DNA of 63,915 nt, filler included, from Candidatus Woesearchaeota archaeon (GTDB taxonomy: Archaea; Nanobdellota; Nanobdellia; Woesearchaeales; JACPBO01): assembly GCA_016180285.1 (NCBI GenBank). It is 5 parts of 5 records of this genome, joined end to end, with 100 filler letters (N's around TTAATTAATTAA, not from the genome) between each part and the next. Parts side by side here need not be neighbours in the genome. Positions count along the whole stretch, not along the records: positions 55,985 to 63,915 come from JACPBO010000014.1; 4 more parts are not named here. The stretch is one strand, 5' to 3'. Shown one piece after another: positions 56,947 to 63,915 of this stretch; within the stretch, counting starts at the first letter, position 1; each line of letters starts with the position of its first letter. Under the pieces are notes generated by a model. That model was not told the DNA's origin, searched no databases, and saw nothing but the letters and a program-made list of their open reading frames with translations. Position numbers and translations under genes: made by a program.

Positions 56947-57174
56947 ATGGTAAGCATAACATTATCTGTCCCGGAAGAATTGAAATCAGAAATGGACCAG
57001 CATCCTGAAATGAACTGGTCAGAGATAGCTAGGCAGGCAATACGCCAAAAGCTGGTGATTCTGAAGAAAATGGATATTATTTTAGCCAAAAGCAAATTTA
57101 CAGAAAGGGATGCGCTTGAACTTGGCAGAAAGATAAATAAAGCAGTTTCAAAGAAATTTCTAGCAGGAATTTAA
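56947..57174 (+). CDS. RHH-type antitoxin
   Basis: ITLSVPEELK.EM..HPE.NWSEIARQAI. Confidence 0.85.
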   Translation: MVSITLSVPEELKSEMDQHPEMNWSEIARQAIRQKLVILKKMDIILAKSKFTERDALELGRKINKAVSKKFLAGI

Positions 57175-57582
57175 ATGGAATTGGTCATAGATGCGAACAT
57201 TTTGTTCTCTGCGCTTATAAAAAACAGCCACGTTCGTCATTTTATTTTATTGAGCGGGCATTCGTTTTACATTCCTGAATATATTTTTAATGAATTTTAT
57301 GAGCATATTAAGGACGTAGAAGAGAAAAGCGGATTATCTCGTGATGAAATTAAATCAGTTCTCAACGAGATAATAACAATGGCAAATATCAAAATAATTC
57401 TATTTAACGATTTTAAAGAATATTCTGAAGAAGCCAAGAAAATATCTCCTGATGTCGATGATGTTCATTATTTTGCGCTTGCATTAAAACTCAAGTGTCC
57501 TATTTGGTCGAATGATAAAAAGCTACAGGAACAAAAAACAGTTGAAATCTACACTAATGATAAAATTATAGAGGCGGGATAA
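57175..57582 (+). CDS. PIN-domain toxin
   Basis: LVIDANILFSAL, PDVDDVHYFALAL, IWSNDKKL. Confidence 0.9.
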   Translation: MELVIDANILFSALIKNSHVRHFILLSGHSFYIPEYIFNEFYEHIKDVEEKSGLSRDEIKSVLNEIITMANIKIILFNDFKEYSEEAKKISPDVDDVHYFALALKLKCPIWSNDKKLQEQKTVEIYTNDKIIEAG

Positions 57583-57596
57583 ATTAAACGTATGCT

Positions 57597-58232
57597 ATGA
57601 AAAACCAGCTAATAAAATTCTGGAAAAACGAAAAAATTGTGAAAAACGAAAAAGTATTGGAAGCGTTCAAAGCAGTTCCGCGCGAGGAATTCATTCTTGG
57701 CGGCTATGAGCATGATGCTTATGGCGACTATCCCCTGCCGATTCATGCAGGCCAGACAATATCGCAGCCGACAACTGTTATGATCATGACCGATGCATTG
57801 GATGCCAAAGAAGGGCAAAAAATCCTTGAAATCGGAACAGGCTCAGGCTACCAGGCTGCAATATTGTCAAAGCTAGCTGGTGAAAAAGGCAAAGTGATAA
57901 CAACAGAGATAATAAAAGAGCTGGCTGATTTTTCAAAAAACAACATTAAAAAATTAAAAATAAATAATATAAAAATCCTGCATAGCGACGGCAGCGAAGG
58001 CTATGCTAAAGAAGCTCCTTATGACAGAATAATCGTTACTGCAGCCTGCCCGAAGATTCCGCAGCCATTAATTGACCAGCTCAAAGAAGGCGGCATAATT
58101 GTTGCTCCAGTTGAAAGCGTTCTCGGCCAGGAGATGGTAAAAGGCATTAAAAAGAACGGCAAATTAATAACAGCATCGCTCGGTTATTTCACATTTGTCC
58201 CATTAAAAGGAAAGCACGGATATAATTCCTAA
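57597..58232 (+). CDS. pcm: Protein-L-isoaspartate O-methyltransferase
   Basis: VPREEF, AYGDYPLPI..GQTISQP, LEIGTGSGYQAA, APYDRIIVTAA, FVPL. Confidence 0.95.
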   Translation: MKNQLIKFWKNEKIVKNEKVLEAFKAVPREEFILGGYEHDAYGDYPLPIHAGQTISQPTTVMIMTDALDAKEGQKILEIGTGSGYQAAILSKLAGEKGKVITTEIIKELADFSKNNIKKLKINNIKILHSDGSEGYAKEAPYDRIIVTAACPKIPQPLIDQLKEGGIIVAPVESVLGQEMVKGIKKNGKLITASLGYFTFVPLKGKHGYNS

Positions 58233-58245
58233 GAAAAATCAAATC

Positions 58246-58371
58246 TCACTTAATCTCAACTCTGCACTTGCAGTACTGGCAGAAAACAGCTGTTATGCCA
58301 TCGCTTAAATTAGCGCGGATATTATTGCCGCATGAAGGGCATTTATAGGTCATTGAGTCCTGTTCAGCCAT
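58246..58371 (-). CDS. Small zinc-ribbon protein (41 aa)
   Basis: Own translation MAEQDSMTYKCPSCGNNIRANLSDGITAVFCQYCKCRVEIK. Confidence 0.6.
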   Translation of the reverse strand: MAEQDSMTYKCPSCGNNIRANLSDGITAVFCQYCKCRVEIK

Positions 58372-58394
58372 AAAATACAGAAGATGGTTTTTAT

Positions 58395-59372
58395 TTAAAG
58401 CTTTTGTTTCGTTATTTTTCCCGGATTCCTGTTTATCATTCCAACAATTTCATTCCAACGCAGTAACTTGTTCTTGGCTCCAGGATTAGTTATAACAGAT
58501 TCAGAATTTGCAAGCCCAAGCTGCAGGCAGAATTCAATCTCTTTTTCTTTCATCAAACCAGCAATAAAAGAAGCGGCAAAAGCATCCCCTGCGCCTGTCG
58601 CTTCAACAACCTTCACATGATGCGCTGCAATATGATAAATATATGTTCCATCATAGCAATGGGCTCCTTTTTTTCCATCTGTTATGACTGCAATTCTCGG
58701 CCCTAGTTTTCTTAATTTTTTTAATAAAATAGCGATATCATGATTTTTTCCAGCAATATATCCTGCTTCTTCTTTATTTAGAATCAACACATCAATATTT
58801 TTGAGCAGTTTTCCTAAAAGCACAGCCCCTTTTTCAGCCAAATAAGTGCTGGGGTTAAATGCAATCTTTATATTGCTCCTTACAGCAAAACCAGACAATT
58901 TTTCAACTGTTTTATATGACCCATTAAGCATAGACCCGAAATAAAACCACCTTGCTTTTAATTTTGACTTCTTGATTTCATCATAATGCAGGTCATCATT
59001 AGACCCTTTAAATGCCAAAATAGTCCTGTCATGACCCTTTGCATCAAGGATAATTGAAAAGCCTGTCCTTCCTTTCGGAGAACAAACAATTAAGCTTGTA
59101 TCAACACCCTCTTTTTTCAGGGCATGCATTATCCTGCGGGAGTTCATTCCGCAGCCCATCTTGCTTATGCAGGCAGCCTTAAACCCTAATCTTGAAAATG
59201 CAGCTGCTGTGTTTGTCCCTGCTCCGCCTGTATCAACCCTTACATTTTCAATAAGAATTTTAGATCCAAAAGGAACCGTTACGCATCCCCTGCGAACATC
59301 TTGAAAAAGCCTGTTTCCCGTATCAACAAAAGTGTCGACAACAGCAGAGCCGATTGTTATGACATCATACAT
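58395..59372 (-). CDS. PfkB-family carbohydrate kinase
   Basis: GGAGTNTA, NKEEA, TDGKKG, EATGAGDAF. Confidence 0.92.
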   Translation of the reverse strand: MYDVITIGSAVVDTFVDTGNRLFQDVRRGCVTVPFGSKILIENVRVDTGGAGTNTAAAFSRLGFKAACISKMGCGMNSRRIMHALKKEGVDTSLIVCSPKGRTGFSIILDAKGHDRTILAFKGSNDDLHYDEIKKSKLKARWFYFGSMLNGSYKTVEKLSGFAVRSNIKIAFNPSTYLAEKGAVLLGKLLKNIDVLILNKEEAGYIAGKNHDIAILLKKLRKLGPRIAVITDGKKGAHCYDGTYIYHIAAHHVKVVEATGAGDAFAASFIAGLMKEKEIEFCLQLGLANSESVITNPGAKNKLLRWNEIVGMINRNPGKITKQKL

Positions 59373-59445
59373 GCATTATTCTTAACTAACCTTATTTATA
59401 AGCTTTTTGCCAAAAAGAAAAAGAAAGAAAAAATAAAATAAAAAT

Positions 59446-59808
59446 CTACTTTGATTTGGCCATGTCTACGATCTCTTTAAGGGCAACTACAACAACTGCA
59501 GGCACTACTATCGCCATTATATATTTCACTATACTTTCGATATAACTGCCGACATATAGTATGTCCTTCAGCCCAGGTGCTGCTCCTCCTACATACAGTA
59601 CAATAGCCAATATAGCTGAAACTGTCAAGAACTGCATTGTCTCTTTTCCTGTTACATTCAAGAATCCGATTACCAGTCCCAATATCACAAGTATGGAGAC
59701 CAGCCATGGATCAGCAGGTTGCAATGCTTCTAGACCGCCTAACAGGCCCAGCACTAATGCAATAATTACGCCAACTATAAAGGCGTACTCTCCTACCTTT
59801 TTGTCCAT
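59446..59808 (-). CDS. Multi-pass membrane protein (4 TM)
   Basis: GGAGGTG RBS; LVILGLVIGFLNVTGKET..FL pattern. Confidence 0.75.
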   Translation of the reverse strand: MDKKVGEYAFIVGVIIALVLGLLGGLEALQPADPWLVSILVILGLVIGFLNVTGKETMQFLTVSAILAIVLYVGGAAPGLKDILYVGSYIESIVKYIMAIVVPAVVVVALKEIVDMAKSK

Positions 59809-59935
59809 TTTATGAACACCTCCTTTTTTTAACCAAAAGCATCGCTTCTGATTTATAAGCAAGTATACTCTGGAATAAGTGATATATAAAGGTTTCGGAA
59901 ATTGTTTATAAAGAGGGTAGTTTTTGGGATTTTAG

Positions 59936-60976
59936 CTAAAACCCTATCTTATCCAACAGCTCATGAAGGTTCCTTGTATTTAGAAACGCTGCTATCTTCT
60001 TCCAGCCCTTTCCTGCCTTGACAGCAAATGCCATCTTCAGCGCCTCTTTTTCTTCATTTGGAATTCTTGCAAACTTGTCTGCTTCTATCATGCCGTAAGG
60101 ATAGCCTGGCAGCACAGGGTCAGAAGCATTAAGCGAAAGCCCTGAAACTATGCCATTAACATCAAATTTAACGTTTTTATAAGCCTCAAATCTAAGAATA
60201 TAACTCGATCTCTCATCTAATTTAAAGACAAACAGTTCTGCCTTGTGCTTTTCGCTGTTTATTTCAGCAACAGGATGATAAAACCATTTCCTGTAAGGAG
60301 AAATGCCCTCAAGCAAAGCAACAAAAGAGCCTCCTGTTTCGGTGAACAATGCTGAAGTTTTTGAAAGCGCTGTTATTGTTATGCCTCTTTCTTCGGCTTC
60401 ATTATAAAGCATATCAAGTAAATTTTTTTCATTCGTATAATTTGCCTGCAATGTGCCGTCTAAAACAATGATGTCGCCTGTTTCAAGCTCTTTGGCAATA
60501 TCTGATGCAAGCTTTATCTCAGAAAATCTCCTTATTACATCGCCTATTTTTGATATGCTTATCTGGTTGCTGCCTTCTTTTATTGTAGCATCATAAGAAT
60601 TGAATGAAAAGGACTCGATATCAAAATTTACAGGGAATATTTCTGTCTTATAAAAAATATCATCACCCTCATTCAGCGAATTGACCAATAAATAAAATTC
60701 AAATTTCTCTGCTTTGATTCTTTTATTTTCTTTATATATCGTATAATAAAGCCGTATCAGCTGCAGAGAAAAATTAGAGGCGGACAGCAGCTCCGCATTT
60801 CCGCCGTCAATAAATGCAATCTTATTTTTATTATTTGCAGCCTTGATCTCTTTAAAATTATCCTTGGAAACCCTGACCGGCTTATATGACTTGTCCGCAA
60901 ATGCGCAATAGCTTCCCTGATTTTCTGAGGCTGTATTTAGGGATTTTATTATCTTTTCAAATATCTCGGAATTCAT
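59936..60976 (-). CDS. nurA: NurA-family nuclease
   Basis: AFIDGG, LDGTL, ALSKTS, GYPYG.IEADKFARI. Confidence 0.88.
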   Translation of the reverse strand: MNSEIFEKIIKSLNTASENQGSYCAFADKSYKPVRVSKDNFKEIKAANNKNKIAFIDGGNAELLSASNFSLQLIRLYYTIYKENKRIKAEKFEFYLLVNSLNEGDDIFYKTEIFPVNFDIESFSFNSYDATIKEGSNQISISKIGDVIRRFSEIKLASDIAKELETGDIIVLDGTLQANYTNEKNLLDMLYNEAEERGITITALSKTSALFTETGGSFVALLEGISPYRKWFYHPVAEINSEKHKAELFVFKLDERSSYILRFEAYKNVKFDVNGIVSGLSLNASDPVLPGYPYGMIEADKFARIPNEEKEALKMAFAVKAGKGWKKIAAFLNTRNLHELLDKIGF

Positions 60977-61018
60977 AAAGACAGAGTGTTTTGCCTCTTT
61001 ATAAATATTTGTTCAAAA

Positions 61019-61237
61019 TTACTTCAGCACCCTCTTGGCCAGTTTCCTCAAATTCTTTTCAATCCCTTTGCTCTGCTTCTCTGCTTCATTCATTATCCTG
61101 AGCAGCAATGCAAATCCGTCTTTTTTCGGCAGCACGCCTTTCTTCATCAAATACCTTATCTCCCTCTCTGCAATGCCCTTTGTTATTGAAACTGCTTTTA
61201 TGCCGAGCTTTGCTATTTTCTTGGCTTCTTTTATCAT
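61019..61237 (-). CDS. Phasin-like small basic helical protein (ABC1-kinase partner)
   Basis: LGI.A.S.TK..AE......KKG....K.G pattern; GGAGGTG RBS. Confidence 0.6.
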   Translation of the reverse strand: MIKEAKKIAKLGIKAVSITKGIAEREIRYLMKKGVLPKKDGFALLLRIMNEAEKQSKGIEKNLRKLAKRVLK

Positions 61238-61247
61238 TTTTCACCTC

Positions 61248-62876
61248 CTAATATTTTCCTTCCCTCAAAATCGATATTATCAGCACTGCGCCTAATACAA
61301 AAACAACAGCCATTCCGGCAAATGCGTATGACTCATATTGCGTTTTCATAAGCAGAGCCATCCCGATAACTATTGCCCCGATTATCATGCCCAATGCCAA
61401 TCTGTTGCTTGACTTGTCTATCTCGAAACCGAGTTTTTTAATCTCTTCATCCTCTATGTCGAGCTTTATCTTGCCTGCTGCTGCCTTGTCAATTATCTCC
61501 TTTGCTTTCTCAGGAAATTCATCAAGAATTTCCTTTATTTCCCTGCCCTTCTTCAGAAATGCCCTGATCAGCTCGCTGGGCCTTGCCCTGTTAGCCAGAA
61601 TTTTCTTCACATATGGCTCAGCATACTCGTTGATGTCAAACTCGGGATTTATCAGCTTGGCCGATCCTTCCAATGTAATCAGCGCTTTCGCAAACAAAAT
61701 TATATTCGCAGGCATCTTTATATTGTGCTTAAAGCAGAGATTAAGCAAATTTCGCAGCATGCTTGTTATGTTCATCTGCCTTATCTGCGCGCCTCGCCAT
61801 TCATTGATCACTTCAGTAATTTCATCCTCAAATGTTTCTAATCCAATGGCATCATCTGATTTTCCTATTTTCATCAATAGGCTTTTTACTTCTCTGGAAT
61901 CCTTCTCCAGCAATGCTATGAACAAATCCAGCGACTGGTTTTTAAGCTGCTTGCTCATATAGCCCACTATTCCAAAATCAAGAAATGCTATTTTATGGCC
62001 TGTCAGCAATATGTTTCCCGGATGAAGGTCTGCATGAAAAAATCCATCCTCAAAAACCTGCTTCAATATGGCATCAGCAGCTATCTTTTCCACCAGCTTT
62101 CTGTCAATCTTCTTGTCATCCATATCTTTCAGCTTTGTCCCTTTAATATATTCCATTGTCAGCACTCTGCTTGTTGTGTAATCCAGGTAGACTTTTGGAA
62201 TCTTGATTGTTTTTGAGTTTTCAAAATTCTGGTAGAACTGGTCTATGTTTCTTCCTTCAAGGACATAATCCAGCTCTTTTTTCGTATATTTTTCAAATTC
62301 ATTCATGATCTCTGTCGGCGTAATATTTGAGAATTTTCTGCCTTTTTCAATCATCTTCGCAAATGTATAAAGAATATCAATATCTGCTCTCATTATCTGG
62401 TCTATATGAGGCCGCTGCACTTTTACAACAACCTTCTTGTTGTTTTTCAGCACCGCTTCATGCACCTGGCCGATAGACGCAGAGCCGATAGGCGTTTCAT
62501 TGAAAGACCTGAAGATTTTGTTTAATGGCTTTTTCAGTTCCTTTTCAACTATTTTTTTAACTTCGGAAAACGGAAAAGCCGGCACATCATCCTGCAGCTT
62601 CTGGAATTCCTCGCAGTATTCAAAAGGAACCAAATCAGGCCTTAAGCTAAGCAGCTGCCCCAGCTTAACAAAAGTTCCGCCTAATTCCTCGAATGCCTGC
62701 CTCCATCTTACTTCTGGCTTTAATGGCGCAATGAATTTGTGCCTCATTAATTTTTTATGGAATGGCAGGTAAATATGCAGCCCGTGCTTTTCAAGAAAGT
62801 AGCCGAGCCTGTTTTTGAACAGAACATTCAGCACATGGTAGAATCTCCCGAAATCCCTCATATCCTCTTTTATCAT
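61248..62876 (-). CDS. ABC1/UbiB (AarF) family atypical kinase
   Basis: ELGGTFVKLGQLLS.RPDL, SASIGQVH, VKVQRP, FFHADLHPGN, LDFG; C-terminal TMs. Confidence 0.93.
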   Translation of the reverse strand: MIKEDMRDFGRFYHVLNVLFKNRLGYFLEKHGLHIYLPFHKKLMRHKFIAPLKPEVRWRQAFEELGGTFVKLGQLLSLRPDLVPFEYCEEFQKLQDDVPAFPFSEVKKIVEKELKKPLNKIFRSFNETPIGSASIGQVHEAVLKNNKKVVVKVQRPHIDQIMRADIDILYTFAKMIEKGRKFSNITPTEIMNEFEKYTKKELDYVLEGRNIDQFYQNFENSKTIKIPKVYLDYTTSRVLTMEYIKGTKLKDMDDKKIDRKLVEKIAADAILKQVFEDGFFHADLHPGNILLTGHKIAFLDFGIVGYMSKQLKNQSLDLFIALLEKDSREVKSLLMKIGKSDDAIGLETFEDEITEVINEWRGAQIRQMNITSMLRNLLNLCFKHNIKMPANIILFAKALITLEGSAKLINPEFDINEYAEPYVKKILANRARPSELIRAFLKKGREIKEILDEFPEKAKEIIDKAAAGKIKLDIEDEEIKKLGFEIDKSSNRLALGMIIGAIVIGMALLMKTQYESYAFAGMAVVFVLGAVLIISILREGKY

Positions 62877-62989
62877 GGCGCATAATGAACAGAGGTTGTT
62901 TATAAGGTTTTTTGTTGATTTACAGATTTCCGACACATTTGTATATATGCGCCATTGAAGTCAGTTTATTTTATCCATTTACAAATTTC

Positions 62990-63580
62990 CTATTTTTTCT
63001 CTAAAATTGAAAAAAATTGAGGATAAAGCCAGAAATCAGCAAATAAAAAGCCATTTTTTATTACATTAAAATTGTGCCTTTTAGCTAAACTTCTGACTTC
63101 TCTTAATGATAATTTATGAAGATGAAATTTTCGGCCATTAAATGGGTGGCCATAAGTCCTTAAAGAGCTATATGTTTCAAATAGCCCTCTGATCGGCTCT
63201 AGTGGATAAATCAGAATAATCTTGCCATTCTTTTTTAATACACTGCTCATCTCCGAAAATGCTTTTTCCAAATCAGGAATGTGCTCAATGGTGTGAATGG
63301 AGAAGATCTTATCAAAAGACTCTTTTTTAAATCTTAATTTTTCAGCATTCATAGCATAACAATTCTTTAGTTTTGAACTTTTTATTGCATCTTTGTTCAG
63401 GTCGATGCCACCACATCTTCTAGAATATCTCATCAATTTTTTTACAAAATAACCATCTCCGCAGCCAATCTCTAAAATTCTGTCTTTTTTGTTTATTTTA
63501 ACAAGATTTATTGCTTTTTTATATGTATTTTCAAATCTTTCATGACGATAGCCATTAGTGTATTCTTTAGAGTAAATCAT
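62990..63580 (-). CDS. Class I SAM-dependent methyltransferase
   Basis: ILEIGCGDG, GIDLN, AEKLRF..ESFD, HTIEHI. Confidence 0.9.
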   Translation of the reverse strand: MIYSKEYTNGYRHERFENTYKKAINLVKINKKDRILEIGCGDGYFVKKLMRYSRRCGGIDLNKDAIKSSKLKNCYAMNAEKLRFKKESFDKIFSIHTIEHIPDLEKAFSEMSSVLKKNGKIILIYPLEPIRGLFETYSSLRTYGHPFNGRKFHLHKLSLREVRSLAKRHNFNVIKNGFLFADFWLYPQFFSILEKK

Positions 63581-63647
63581 GCTTATTGGTTAATATATGA
63601 GGTTTATAAGGTTTTTTGTTGTGCTGCGCGAAAACACCAAAAATTAA

Positions 63648-63915
63648 TTATTCTTTGGAATTCGCCCACATGATATCAAAATACGCCCGAAAACTATTGG
63701 CCAGTTCTTTATCTCTCACTACAAATGCAATTGGGGTCTTGAGAATAATAACAAACAGAGCAGCATTTGGAAATATATCTATCCAATTCGGGCTTACCAT
63801 TTTATTGGAAAGGTAGCGGACATTGGTTAATCTCATCTTCGCCCGTATCCCGCCGTATTCTTTTGCATCGGAGTTATAGATTATTTTCATCAAGATTTTC
63901 CGTGCAATTCTTCGC
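63648..63915 (-). CDS. TrmB-family regulator, C-terminal part (5' end outside window)
   Basis: KIIYN...VRYL....SP..IDIF...AFVVRDKELANSFRAYFDIMW. Confidence 0.8.
   Translation of the reverse strand, partial: RRIARKILMKIIYNSDAKEYGGIRAKMRLTNVRYLSNKMVSPNWIDIFPNAALFVIILKTPIAFVVRDKELANSFRAYFDIMWANSKE

Noticed and set aside
58246..58371. RNA polymerase subunit Rpo12 (rpoP)
   Set aside because: It is a zinc ribbon but lacks the conserved C-terminal K.R tail; left unnamed.

Overview
AT-rich archaeal draft-genome sequence, most likely DPANN (Woesearchaeota-like). The evidence is GINS, NurA, TrmB/Lrp regulators, class III signal-peptide pilins, BHB-intron tRNAs, TATA/BRE promoters and a short AlaRS. 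The window is five contigs joined by artificial N44-TTAATTAATTAA-N44 linkers (18283-18382, 30403-30502, 43417-43516, 55885-55984), plus a 45-N gap (5563-5607), so adjacency across linkers is meaningless. Contig 1 holds housekeeping genes (GINS, alaS, trmI), tandem tRNA-Arg/tRNA-Cys genes with three introns (two non-canonical), a TrmB-flanked radical SAM/HAD/phosphohistidine operon and a beta-barrel-like protein. Contigs 2-3 hold two giant modular beta-helix surface proteins, toxin-antitoxin genes and a pilin cluster with a hidden frameshifted pilin domain. Contig 4 is an NrtR-regulated NAD island (pncB, pncA, nadE, nadM, Nudix, frameshifted nadK, nadA) with clear 21-bp operators. It carries an unexplained, translationally coupled radical SAM + PLP-enzyme pair and a divergent RHH-SLOG-nucleosidase operon; this is the best candidate for an undescribed system. 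Contig 5 is mostly housekeeping. All calls rest on motif recognition by eye; no database searches were run.
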